From positions 104,322,214 through 104,386,213 of the forward strand of contig NC_068983.1 of the NCBI RefSeq assembly GCF_001194135.2: a stretch of DNA of 64,000 bases, in the 5' to 3' direction. This DNA is from Octopus bimaculoides. Taxonomy: Eukaryota. The translations under genes were made by a program, and so were the position numbers. Below are positions 27,476 through 41,700 of this stretch, piece after piece (positions within the stretch are counted from its first letter, which is position 1; every line of letters begins with the position of its first letter). Under the pieces are notes generated by a model. That model made no database searches. It saw nothing but the letters and a program-made list of their open reading frames with translations, and was not told the DNA's origin.

Positions 27476-28578
27476 TTCAGTCACTTCTCCACCATCTGAA
27501 TTCATTATCATTTAGTAATCTCAGAATATTCAATCACTGTAATTCAGTATTTCAGTGCTTTCGGGCTTAAAATAAAGTCATTTTATACTTTTTGCCATAT
27601 TGAACTCCCGCCTCTCTGTTTATTATACTACTTGAATTGTTATACCACTTGATCAAAGAACCAGCAATTAAGCTTCTACTTAAATTACTGCATTTTCTGG
27701 GATCCAAGTGAAATTTTTCAGTTCAAATTTTGCAGCCAAAAATGGTAGGTTAACTTATATACCAAGATGATTTTGGAGGACCAAAAATTCTATGTGAAAT
27801 GCAGCAGGATTTGGAAATATAGTGACAATGTTTGAATATTTACACTGTGTGCAATGTCAGCTTGTATGCTGGAAAATATGGTTATGTGACCAATGATTTT
27901 CGTTCATGAATCCCTTGCAAGTACAAACTCTCCATGTTCAAAACTTCAGTACCAATTGATGCATACCAAGAAGATAGATTAAGTTCCAGAAATGGTCAGT
28001 TAATACAAAGTGAACAGGTTTTGTGGATACATATCATCAACATTTACTGCCCACTTTTCCATGCTTGCATGGGCCAGATGAAATTTGTTGAGGTAAATAT
28101 TTTATGGCCCTTCCTGTCACCAACTCTCACCTGTTTCCAAGCAAGATAATATTTTCCATTAGTTAGACATGTTTTTCACAGAAGATTGGAAACAAATGAT
28201 CTTGCTTGTATATTATGATGCTCATTTACAGCCATCACATGATGTCTAGACAAGGAAGCACACACACACAAAAACAGGCTTCTTTCAGCTTCCATCTATA
28301 AAATCCATTCACAAGGTTTTCGTCTGCTTGAAGCTATAGTAGAAGACACTTGGCCAAGGTGCTGTGTAATGGAACTGAACTTAAGACCACATGATTGGAA
28401 AACAAGCTTCTTAACCACACAGCCTACTTCTGCACATACAGATTTCAGTTAATTTGTTCAACAAAATTAAATACCTGCTCATTTATAACTCTCATGTTCA
28501 TCATAGTCATTCATTAAAAAACATGATGAGGAAGAAAGCAGCAACAACTTAGAATAGTAGAGGAGATGCTGAAAGTAT

Positions 28579-28952
28579 TGTTGTTGTTGGCACTCCGTCG
28601 CTTACGACGTTGAGGGTTCCAGTTGATCCGATCAACGGAACAGCCTGCTCATGAAATTAACGTGCAAGTGGCTGAGCACTCCACAGACACGTGTACCCTT
28701 AAAGTAGTTCTTGAGGATATTCAGCGTGACACAGTGTGACAAGGCTGACCCTCTGAATTACAGGCACAACAGAAACAGGAAGTAAGAGTGAGAGAAAGTT
28801 GTGGTGAAAGAGTACAGCAGGGTTCGCCACCATCCCCTGCCAGAGCCTCGTGGAGCTTTAGGTGTTTTCGCTCAATAAACACTCACAATGCCCGGTCTGG
28901 GAATCGAAACCACGAGTCCGCTGCCCTAACCACTGGGCCATTGCGCCTCCAC
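28579..28952 (-). mobile_element. tRNA-derived SINE (octopus OR1-like), second copy
   Basis: Same sequence as 1023-1407. 12-bp TSD TGCTGAAAGTAT at 28567-28578 and 28953-28964. Confidence 0.85.
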
Positions 28953-30224
28953 TGCTGAAAGTATAAGGCTGAGTTAACAAAACACTTGTTATTTGCTTGT
29001 AAAGTATATATTTACATAAACTTTGGTGAATTGTCATATCTTTAACTTCTCAGTAGAGAAAGTTTACTCATTAATACCATTGCTCCAAAAGCTAACACAT
29101 TCATTTCTCCATTATGTCCATCTTTGTTTTTTGTTTTTTTTTCTATACATATTAAATCTATTTTACAAAATTCTTTCAAACCTTTTCACATTTAAAATTG
29201 TAAACAGTAAAATATGTCTTTATTACAAACAAAATAATTGGTCCTAATAACATTTCAGCAATTGCACTTCTACATTACTGAGGTCATTCTCATCTTTATT
29301 ATCAGCATCATTGTTCTAATGTTCACTTTTCCATGCTTGCATGGGTTGGAAGGAATTTGTTGAGGCAGATTTTTCTATGGCAAGATGCCCTTCCTATCAC
29401 CAACCCTCACAAGGAACTTCACTTGTATGATAGTGACACTCATAACTATCCCATGATGTCAAGTCAAGGAGACTCTCATTCACTCACTCACACACACATG
29501 CGTGTGCACACCACACACACACACACACACAGATTTCTTCCAATTTCCATGTAAGAAATCCACTCTCACGGCTTTGGTTGGCACATTTTACATAGATATA
29601 TCAGTATAGAAATTAGGTTTGTACATGAGCAAAGTGTTTAATATCAGATGAAATTCAATCATGAATATGTTGAGAAAGAGATGCCAAAGGTGCCATGCTG
29701 TGATACTGAACCTGAAACCATGTGATTGGGAAGTGAACTTCTTAACCACACAGCCATACCTGCACCTACTACAGTCCAAGCCTGAATTAAACCATATTTT
29801 TTTTTCTTTCATCATGAACCTACCTAAGAATACCACAACTGTGAAAATATCTTAATCAACCTTCATTCTTATAGACATTGAAATATGATTATTTACAACT
29901 TCCTCACAGAGTAATTTGATTTGAAACTGTGTCCAATATCCAATACTTCATTGGGTATTTTCAAATCACTTCCACAACCCTTTTCTTCCTATAAAATCAA
30001 TTATCTCTTTGCTAATATTTTTAGCTGCATATATTTATGTCATCAATTTGTAGCTTAGGTAACTCCTATCCAAACCAAACATCTAATATCACAAATGACA
30101 TCTTTACACATTCAGCAATAATGACATAGCATTTTGGGACCAACACTAATGCTTTTTACATGGCACCTTGGCTTTAGAATATCAAGTCTGTGAGTCTGTT
30201 ATGTTGGGCAGATCTTGAGTACAA

Positions 30225-30826
30225 CAATGTTCTACAACTGGATGCCCTTCCTAACGCCAACCACTCAGAGAGTGTAGTGGGTGCTTTTACGTGTCACCCG
30301 CACGAAAACGGCCACGCTCGAAATGGTGTCTTTTATGTGCCACCCGCACAAGCCAGTCCAGGGGCACTGGCAACGATCTCGCTCGAAAATCCTACGGGAG
30401 CCAGTCAGGCGGTACTGGCAACGCCCACGCTCAAAATGGTGCATCTCATGTGCCACCCGCACAAGAACCAGTCCAGGGGCACTGGCAACGATCTTACTTG
30501 GCTTGCCGGGTCTTCTCACGCACAGCACATTTCCAAAGGTCTCGGTCAGTAGTCATCGCCTCGGTGAGGCCCAATGTACGAAGGTCTTGCCTCACCACCT
30601 CAGCCCAGGTCTTCCTGGGCCTACCTCTTCCACGGGTTCCCTCAACTGTTAGGGTGTGGCACTTTTTCACGCAGCTATCCTCATCCATTCTCACATGTCC
30701 ATACCAGCGCAATCGTCTCTCTTGCACACCACAACTGATGCTTCTAATGTTCAGCTTTTCTCTCAAGATACTTACACTCTGACGGGTATTCACATTGACA
30801 TTACACATCCAACGGAGCATACCTAC
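30225..30826 (-). mobile_element. RTE LINE 3' fragment about 100 bp downstream of the LRRC14-like stop codon
   Basis: ORF 30494-30820 (MLRWMCNV...RRLRWYGHVRMDEDSCVKKC...GRGRPRKTW) followed by the RTE 3' UTR also seen at 3050-3517. Confidence 0.85.
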
Positions 30827-30931
30827 AATGAAATTCTTATTTCACAAAATATAGATGATACATGTTTTGATTTCAAATATTATTTATATATGAATGCTTT
30901 ATAAAATCAGGAACAATGTACAAAATGCAAA

Positions 30932-33900
30932 TTAGTAAGTATCAGGAGTAATTTTAAAATAGACTTTAAGTCCTGTATTTCTTCTGTTCTGTAGAAGTAT
31001 TGTGTGAATTTGTTTTGGTATATCTCCTGCTATGAAACCAGTGCTGTCTATACTGAGACCCATCTCAATATGACTAGTAAAACATATGTGTTTTAAGTTA
31101 GCAGCATTGCAGATTGTTCGTAACAATTTAAACATGTCAGACTCACAAATTACTGTTGAACACAAATTTAGGTACTCAAGTTTTTCCATTTGACAAACCA
31201 TTCTCCCAAGATCTTCCATATGATGACTTGAAAGCCTGGAATTTTGTACTTCAAAATGCTTTAAGTTTTTGCGAGCTGCACTTAAAAATTCTAACATGGG
31301 TTGTAATTTGTCACTTAAATTGTTTTCACTCAAGTCCAAATGAATCAGGCCAGTGGTGTGAATGCATTTGGACAGATAGTTTAAATCTCCAATAGATATA
31401 CTGCAACCAGAGATACAGAGAGATTCAAGAGGCTGTGATATTCTAGAAAGTAGTAAATGAAGGTTTCCTTTTATCCAGTTGTTGCTCATATTCAGTTCTT
31501 TCAAGCAGCTGAGCTGTGCAAAAAGTTCTCCTAGAATTTGTGTACCAAAGTTAAAATGATCCTGTAGGCGTATGTTGTTGCAAGACAGATCTAGATGGGT
31601 CAACCTTGTCATTATTCGAAGGAAAGGTGACAAGGCTACTACTCCACGCACCATCAAATGGTTGTACCTCAGAGTGATTTCATGAATATACTGTAAATTG
31701 AAAAGAAAGAAATTTAGCAGAACAACAATATTAATCATAATTAATAAGACACATAACATCAAATTCTGCATAAGACACCATTTCCATCCACATCATTGAA
31801 CACGAAGTCGAACAAGAAATTATATACATGTACATACATATTTTACTTGATATTTCATTTAAAAAAGGATAGCTTAGTACCTATAAACTTTTGATGATCA
31901 CATAAGTTGTGAACAGAAAAGCAGGCTGATATTAATAATAATTAACATTTCACTTAAGTTGTTGAGTACTTTGTATCATCATCATTTTAATGTCCACATT
32001 TCTATGCTTGCTTGGGTTGCACAGTGCTTATTGAGGCAGATTTTCTATAGCCAGAGGCCTTTCTTGTCACCAGCTCTCACCTATTTTCAAGTAAGGTAAT
32101 ATTTCCTCTTTGGCCAGACATGCTTTTGTAGAATATTGGAAAAGAATGACAGCGACATTTGTTTACAACCATGTGATGTCAAGACAAAGATACATACACA
32201 CACACACACACACACACATATACATATATATATATATATCATCATCATCATTTAGCATCCGTTTTTCATGAATTTACAACTGGATGGCCTTCCTATTATC
32301 AACCACTCCACAGAGTGTACTGGGTGTCTTTTACATGTCATCGGCAAGGGTACCTTTCACATGGCACTGGCCACAACTACGATTTCACTTAGCTCGATGT
32401 GGCTTCTCAAGCACAGGAAATTGCCAGGAATCACAGTAAGGCGGCGAGCTAGCAGAAACATTAGCACGCCAGGCGAAATGCTTAGCGGTAGTTTGTCTGC
32501 CATTACGTTCGTCCTTTCGGGGTCGATAAATTAAGTACCAGTTACTCACTGGGGGTCGATGTAATCGATTTAATCCCTTTGTTTGTCCCCTCTATGTTTA
32601 GCCCCTTGTGGGCAATAAAGAAATAAAAAATCTCAGTCACTAGTGATATATGATAGGCTTCTTTCAGATTCCATTTAGCAAATAAGAGCTAATTCATGGG
32701 TGGAAAATGATGAGCTTCAATGCAGTGAAAGACTCTTGCCCAAGGTACCACACATTGAGGTTCAACTTGAGATCATGTGGTTGGGAAGCAAACTTCTTGA
32801 CCACACATCTACACCTGCACCTATAGTGCAATTAAATTCTTGAGCTGAATCTGGGGTTCATTTCAATTGTTAGTTCTGTTATACATTCACTTATACCACT
32901 GTTGCTTCTACATTGTACCCCTATGCTTGTCTAATCAAATATAGGTGCACCACCTTTACTGCATGAGTGGACAAACCTCTATCTGTTCTAATTCTAACAA
33001 CTCTTAGATGAATTACCCATATATTTACTTTTATTCTAACATACATTTGCTTTGTTATCTTGGTCCATGTCCTATCTTGTATGAAATGAAAAAAAAAGAA
33101 AAACTGAAGCTCAACATTTTCCAGCCATGAATTAGCTCTTAAATAGAGTTGATTCATCATTACAATCAGCTGATGTTCTGCACCCAACACTTTCTACTTG
33201 ACCTTGATTGCAAAGCTAAGGAAGTAATATCACTTCCTCAAAGTGGAATGAAGGAAGTGTGTTATTCTTTCATTCTAGTTTAGAAAATGACTATTTGATA
33301 GTATATAAGATGCACAATTTTTTTTCCCCAAAATAAAGGTCTCTAAAAAAATCACTCCAGGCCCTATATGTGAAGTTGGGTCTTCCAAAAGCTTTAACCC
33401 TTAAGCATTCAGATTACTTTGTCAAATATAATGCTTATTTATTCACATTGTTTTGAATTAGTCACACATTATTTCACAGCTTCAAAATTTTGATGATGTG
33501 ATTGTTTATTTTTAGAATGACATTGAAAGATATGTGTGAGAGGCTGGATCTGGTTGGTTTGAACATAAAACAAGTTGAATATTTTGGCCAGTTTGAAGGG
33601 TTAATTTACTAAAAAAATTTATCCTGCATATGTGCTGCTGATATTGGGGGTGTAACTAATATGTCTGCATTTTTTATGCCATCAAATACAGTACTTTTAA
33701 AAAATAAAAATTCAGTTACCTCTCTGCCACTCAGTAGTTCCAGCAAACGTTTGATAACAATGTATGGCATTGATCGAATGTCTAGTCTGTTGATTTGTAT
33801 TTTTAAGCGACAATTCATACATTTTGCCAAAGCTTCTCCCAGTTTTTTGAAAGTATCTGCTCTGGTCAAAACAGCATTTAACCGTATTGCCACTGAAAAA

Positions 33901-36900
33901 TAAAACATCAGAGAAATTACGCCATATATTTTTGAAATAAAGATTCATTGATAATATACATACAGATTTAAGACTTTGTATTTTTCTTTGCTTATTACCA
34001 TATTGGTACAAAATTAGCCGATGAAAGAGAATTGTTGCAGCAGTGTGATTAGCTGTCGGAGAAGACTAATGAATACAGATATATTAGTACAGAAATTAGG
34101 TTTGCACATGAGTAAAATGTTGAATAGTAGCTGAAATTCAATCATGAATATGTTGAGAAAGAGATGACCTGACATAAGTTAAAAAATTGCAAATGTTTCA
34201 ATTAAATTAGATAAGGTTAGGCAATAGCAAGTGACATTGTAAGAATTGAAGTCACTAAATATGAAACATTACAAATGAGGATTGGTGCTTTGGTCTATTT
34301 GATTCCTACCCTGAGGATTCTTTCGAGCAATGAAAGCAAATATTCATTAGTAATATTTTGCCACTCCTCTTGTAAGAGTGTCCAGAGGGTTTCTGCACTA
34401 CTTGGTTGTTGCTTTTTGACTCTCTGATCCAATTTATCCCACACAATTTCAATGGGATTGCAATCGGGATCCCATTACAGTCAACTTTTTTTGCATAGCT
34501 TAGAAGTATGTTTAGGATCATTATCTTGCATCAGCACAAAATTATCACTGATCAGTCTCATCCCAGATGGACTGCCATGATGCTGGAGGATAGAGTGATA
34601 CCTGTTTTGGTTCAATATTCTTGCTACCAGATGAACATCTCCAGCACTATTGCATGTAAAACATCCCCAGATCATCACATTCCCCCCACCACCACCACCA
34701 CCATGCTTTACAGTTGGAACTATACACTCAGGAGTCACCTGTTCACCAATTCTTCACCTCACATAAATTACATTGGAATCCGAATCAGTCCAGAAGACAC
34801 ATTTGTATTGATCAATGGTCCAGGGTTGGTGTTTTTTGGCCCATATGATTCACTTACGTTTATTCACAGGTTAAAGCAGTGATTCTCTGGCAGCACAATA
34901 ATCATTTAGACCGGCAGCAATAAGTCTACTCCTCACAGTTGTAGGAGACATATTAGCTTTGCCAGCTTCACTTATTTGTACAATTTCATTTGCTGTCAGG
35001 TGCCTGTTTTGGAGACTAGTGACTCTGATGAATTAATTTATCCTGTGATTTAGGAGTTTCTTTTGGATGACATGACAGAGCTGTTGTTATTTTTTCCTGT
35101 TTCATTATACCATACAATAGTGGAGTAGAAATATGACTATTAGCATATAAAACATGTAGTGTAGGAAACTTTAACTTCTTTGGCTATATCTTGAAAACTA
35201 TAACCTTCACTACATAATGTGACAATGCTTTGTCTCTTTTCAGGTGATAAATTACTGGTTTTGCCTATCTTTAGGTTGATTTTTAGGAATTTCACTAATT
35301 TTACTTGATTTTAATAATTGAACCTGAAAGAAGCAATAACACATTTAATGCAGTCATTAAATGATGTTATTTCAACCGACAGCACATAAAGAGTGTAAAT
35401 AATCAAAATGTATTGCAATGTTGCCAAAATGATTGTCACCATCATGTAAGCATGTTCTTTGTTTCCAATCTTCCATGAAAAATATATCTGGTCATGAAGA
35501 AATATTACCTTGCTTGGAAACATATGAAAACCAGTGACAGGAAGGATAGCCAACCATAGATAATCTGCTTCAACAAATTCCATTCAACCCATGCAAGCAT
35601 GGAAAAGTGGACATTAAAATGAGTGATGATGAAATGAGTGGGATAAAATTCAAACTAGGAAATTTAGTCCAGTACTCTAACACTAATTAATAACAATTAA
35701 ACCATTTACAGTTAATCTAAACTATTACAGTTGTTAGAAAAAAGAAGTTTCAAAACAAAAATATATGAACTTGTACAAGATTATAAAATATAGTTTCTGT
35801 TGTCTTTGGAGTTCTTTCGTCTTTGTAAACACCGGAGGTGTTTACAAAAGTGGAAAATTCTTTCTATTCTAGGTACAAGGCCTGGAATTTTGTGGGAGGG
35901 AGCTAAATTACATCAACCCAGTACTTGACTGGTACTTATTTTATTGACCCTGCCAAAAAGATGTAAGGTAAAGTCGACCTCAGCTGACATTGAAATCTGA
36001 TTGTAATGAGAAATACCACTAAGCATTTTCTCTGACATACAAACAATTCTGTCAGCTTGCTTGCTACCTTGGAAAACATAATATAATGAAAGCTATTGAA
36101 TTTATGCCATCAAACAATTATAAGAATACACTGAAATTTAATTGATTGAAAGAACTGTTTTATTGTTCTTACCAGATTGTATATTTTTTCTAGGAGTAAA
36201 GTTTTGATTTCCAATGACATATTCACACAGTTTCAGCAGTTTAGGGTCATCTGAAATAAATATCAGTAAAAAATAATTTCCAAAAGAAACAAAATTGTTT
36301 TCTTTATGAATAGAGTTAGTCATTTACTATTTGGTTACATTCAGTCAAATGAGTCAACAAAGGAACTTCGAAATAGTAACTCTACCAAGCCAAAACTTAA
36401 ATTGCGGTTTCTTTATTGCCCACAAGGGGCTAAACATAGAGGGGGCAAACAAGGACAGACAAACGGATTAAGTCAATTATATCGACCCCAGTGCATAACT
36501 GGTACTTATTTAATTGACCCCGAAAGGATGAAAGGCAAAGTCGACCTCGGCGGAATTTGAACTCAGAACGTAGCGGCAGACGAAATACCGCTAAGCATTT
36601 CGCCCAGCATGCTAACGATTCTGCCAGCTTCCCGCCTTCCAAAACTTAAATTGCATCTCACATTGCACTTAACCATCTTAAAAAGGACCAATACATTAGA
36701 TAATGTAATCCTGAAATAACTTTGATTACAGATCTGCTCAATCAGGGCTGACATGGAGATAAGCAATATCATCATTCAGTCCTTTAAACTTCTTTAAAAT
36801 ATATTTTAATTACCATTCTTATGATGGTCAATGGCAGAATCTACAGAGCAGCAAAGTGCTTTGTGGTATTCAGTTACTCCCCTTCATGTAGAATTCAAAT

Positions 36901-38184
36901 CTTACTATGATTAATTTTACTTTTCATTCTCATGTGGTTAATAAGTACCAGTCATGTACTAAAGTTGAAAAAGAAAAGTTTTTCTCCCATAAAAGTGGTC
37001 TAGTACATCATCTTCAAAGAGACTCTGACAAGCTGATCAAGTAGCTGGTTTGTTCCAGAGGACTTTCAGGCTAGGGCCCATGGATAATTTCCAGAAATCC
37101 CTTATCTGACAGTGCTACTGAGGAGCACTGCCAACTAAAGATAAACTCCACAGTGGCACCTGCCTGAGATGCAGGCACAGCAATGAAATTGTTCTGTATG
37201 CACTCACCCTGTACCCAAACACTGCTAACTTGTGGAGTTATGTTGAACATCTAGTCACATGTAGGATGGATTTTGTCATTAAATGAGTTTGTTGTGGAGA
37301 TCATCTCACAACTTTCCTTTGGCCAGAAATGACAGGCAGTATTCATTTGTCTGGTGACTCTTGCAAAAAGAGGTTCTGTAGTAGACCAGATTGAAAAGAC
37401 TGAAGACAGACACCGCCACCTTCTTTGGCCAAGCTCTCATCAACTTTTACAATTGTTTTGAAAAAGAAAGCGAAAGTAGAGAGGGAAGGTCTACCTTCCA
37501 GTGAATTTGTTAAAAGGTAGTGGTGAATACAATCCGAGTAAATAGCCACCTTTAGAATGAATGAAGACAACAGAGAGAAGGCACTTGTCTTAGTGGTCAG
37601 AGTGACATGGTTTTGCATGGTTTCCAGATGTAGCTTTCAGAAGCCTCCCTCTTTTGGGTAATTATTCATTATTGTAATTTACTGCCAATTTTATTTTTCT
37701 TATTTCTTTATTGCCCACAAGGGGCTAAACATAGAGGGGACAAACGGATTAAGTCGATTATATCGACCTCCGTGCATAACTGGTACTTATTTAATCGACC
37801 TCGAAAGTATGAAAGGCAAAGTCGACCTCGGCGGAATTTGAACTCAGAACGTAACGGCAGATGAAATACCGCTAAGCATTTCGCCTGATGTGTTAACGTT
37901 TCTGCCAGCTCGCCGCATTTTTATTTTTCTGTTTACGCACTCTTTCATGTAATACCACATTTTATTGTTCTTGATCATTTTGTGAACCTTTAGTGGTTAA
38001 CAAAGAAAATGTTGTGTGGAAGGTATTTATAAGCTATTTAGGAAACACACAAAAGCCGTTAGATTCACTTCAACATTTAAATTTAATTTGCCAAAATATT
38101 TTCATCGCTTTGAGACCCTGACCTGTTCACTGACAAAATTCTGTGCTGCATCTGAGAAAGTAACAGTTCATGATATATATGTAC

Positions 38185-38224
<40 letters not shown>

Positions 38225-38658
38225 GTGCGTGTGTGTGTATATATGTATGTATGTATGTGTGTGTACATGTATGTGCGTATGCATGTGTATATGCGTATGC
38301 ATGTGTGCATGCCTTTATGCATGTATGTATGTATGTACTTATGTATGTACGTGAGTATTTAGGTAAGTGTGTAGACGTGTCTGTGTGTGTACATGTGAAC
38401 GTATGTTTATGTACTAACGTGTGTCTGTACAAGTTCTATACATGACTGTTACTTTGTTGATTGTATATACACACATATACATATGCGTGTGAGTTTTTCT
38501 CTCTCACCATTGTCTAATGGTGAATGGATACGTCTTAGATACATATAGGCACATATAACCTTACTTATACATATAGACAAGTACACACAATCATATAGAC
38601 ACTCACACACACTTACAAATATATGTAAAATCTTAAAGTATACACACATACGCTTATC

Positions 38659-38723
<65 letters not shown>

Positions 38724-41700
38724 CACTATTTTCAAGGACAATGGTTAAAATTCAAATTTGCTTTATTTTATTTTATTCTTTTTTTTTACACGCATACATA
38801 TACACTAACATATTCACACAACACATACACACGCATACATCTACACGTGTATTTTAGTATCATGCATCTCAACATGTGTGTATGGATTTCCACATGTAAA
38901 TGAGAGAGAGGGGTGGTTATAGAGGGGTACTCCCGAGTGGCATCTGAATGTTACCCCATTCGGATTTACAGTTGAGAGTGAGTTTGTATTCTTGTATACA
39001 GACAGCTTCAGTGACTTGTCTCAGCATTGCATCAGTGGGATGTGTGGATAAGATGTTTAACTTAAGTTTCCCTAAGGAGCCCTTGTGGCAGTCTACAGCA
39101 TGCTGATAGAAGATGGAGGTTGGTTTCTTTTCAATGTAGTTGTCCAGGTGTTCTTTGAACCTATCATTGATACTCCTAGAAGTCTCACTAATGTATGACT
39201 CTGGGTTACTCGCGCAAACTCCTTCTTGGTATTTAATCTGGTATACAGTGCTCTTGGTTTTGAAGTTTACATGTGGGTTTGGAGAACATACTGCACAATT
39301 ATTTTGACACGTGATTCTATCAAATGGATATGATCTACATAATACAGATTTGATAGTCCTACCTGTCTTTTCTACAACTTTGATCTTAAGGCCAGTTGTG
39401 CGCAAGATTTTCTTGAATGCTTTACTTAATTTGTTCTTAGGTGTGGCATCAACAAACATTACACAGTGTATATACATACATACATACATACATACATACA
39501 TACATACATACACACATACATACGTACATATATATCATGAACTAACTGTTACTTTCTCAGATGTCACACAGAATTTTGTCAGTGAACAGGTCGCAGTCTC
39601 AAAGCAATGAAAATATTTTGGCAAATTAAATTTAAATGTTGAAGTGAATCTAACGGTTTTTGTGTGTTTCTTAAATGGCTTATAAACATCTCCCACACTG
39701 CATTTGTTTTCGTTCCAGCACACGATTTCAGATCAGGTCACTTGTTATGCAAGTACATCTCTGTAAAGAAAATGTTATTTTTTATTATTATCCTTTTTAT
39801 CCCTTTTCATTATTATTATTTTTAAACTCTTTATTCTGTTTCCTCCCTATACAAACAACATAAAATACATACATTCTTTGCACAATGTAAAGAGGTATGA
39901 CTTAATGCTAGTTTGATGAAGTGCCACTACATGCAATGTAGTTTGAATGGAGTGGTACAGAAACAACTGTAAGAAATATCAAACTTGTACTATATTTGCT
40001 CTCCATCTCCTTATATGGTACATTTCATAATGCTTATATACCGCTTTTACCAGTAAAGCACTTGGAGTTTGTACATCAGTGGATTTCCAATTTTTCTCAG
40101 TTATTGTATAAGAGTGTAGATAGCCAAGAGCTCATATAGAGTGCTGTATTGGAAATACACTGATTTTTTTTTACCCTACCAGGATCTATACTATATACAT
40201 ATAAATTACACACATAGATACACATGAAATTGATAATTCATTCTGATGTTGTTAAGACTTTTTTGCAATATGCAATCTTTCTGGCAACGAAATGATCACA
40301 CAAAGAGACACTCAGAATAATGATGGAGTGAATAATCAGCTTCAAAACTTTATATACATGAGGTGAAAATATTTCAAATGTATACTTGCATGGTGTGGAA
40401 CAAATATACTGCATATATTTGTTTCACACCATGCTTTTACATGCATGTCAACTTTGTTTTTCTGCTCTTAAAAGGTTAATAAGTTTCTGGGTTTTACCTC
40501 TTAAAATAAGTGCCAGAGGTCAATACAACTACAACCTTTTGAAGGTGATGCCCCAGCATGGCTGCAATCCAATGATTGAATCCAATAAAAGAGTATATGC
40601 ATTAAGCAATTACATAGTTCAATGTCTACAGACTCTGTACTTAGACACATCACTAGTATTGAATCCTGGAGCTACTGGATGTTTTGGGTCTTACAACATA
40701 TGGTGCTCTACTAACCCCATAACTCACCTCTCTTCAATTAGAACTAAGTAGATACTTTCTCAGCAACCTCTAAGTTGTTCTAGATGGTTCTTCTTCTGCT
40801 CATTCCTGTAATGCCCAATGTTTGATCTGCAAATCATTGATTGCCCACCTTCTGGAACTCAGCTCTCTTCCTCTCCCAATATACAGTTAACTCCACTAGG
40901 ATGAGCTAACTTGTTGCTTCAGAAACCAAAATATCTGGTATCAACACATTCTCAGTCATATTTGATGTAAATTTTAGCTCATTCTCTAGCTCAACTTTCA
41001 TCACGCAGTCATGTGCTGTAGAAATCAAGCTATCAGAGATATCCTTGGTTCATTTTTCAGCCATGCTCCCTTTCTTTAACGTAGTGTGGACATTTCTGCT
41101 GTCACTTGATCCTCTTGCTGAACATCACTTGAGAATCTAAATGTGAAGGCAGTCACAGTGTCCTTCATTTAGTGCCTCAGAACAGCTGCTTTGAATGTGT
41201 TCGGGAGGGCGGGGGCTCTCTTAGAACAGGGGTTTTCAAACTGTGGCCCGCGGACCACAGGGGGTCCGCAAGGACAAGACGGGATCCGTAGACAGCAAAT
41301 AGTTTTTATGGGCAATTTGATTTTATATATGTTTTTTAATCGAAATCTTTTGACAATAAACCTATTCGTTAAATACTGTTAAATAAATAAATGTAAAAAT
41401 GTTATTTTAAGCAAATATTTATGTATAAATTTCATAAGCGTTTATAAGGGGGTCCCTAAGGTAAAACCTGAAATATAAAGGGGTCCGCAAGTCAAAAAGT
41501 TTGAAAACCCTTGTCTTAGAACACAAGTGTCATGCAGGTGTTTTCATTTCTGTCTTATGTAAACAGGTTGGATGGTCTGGGAAGGACATCATAAACCCTC
41601 TGTAGGTTCTACTTTTACATCCACCAGGTGACATTCTGCTCTATCGTCTACTGCCACTTCATTCAGACACATTTTCTGCCTTGCCCCCATTCTTTCTCCA

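Noticed and set aside
37020-37640. ORF 37343-37618 (GGGVCL) as an LRRC14-like exon or LINE endonuclease
   Set aside because: The gene model closes in frame without it, and one short motif is too little for a LINE call.
38016-38445. Val/Cys/His/Thr-rich ORFs
   Set aside because: Translations of (GT)n/(GTAT)n microsatellite.
39575-39620. Hammerhead-like spacing in the 190-bp repeat (TCAGTGA-ACAGG...TCTC-AAA-GCAATG)
   Set aside because: The invariant CUGANGA and GAAA nucleotides are absent in both copies.
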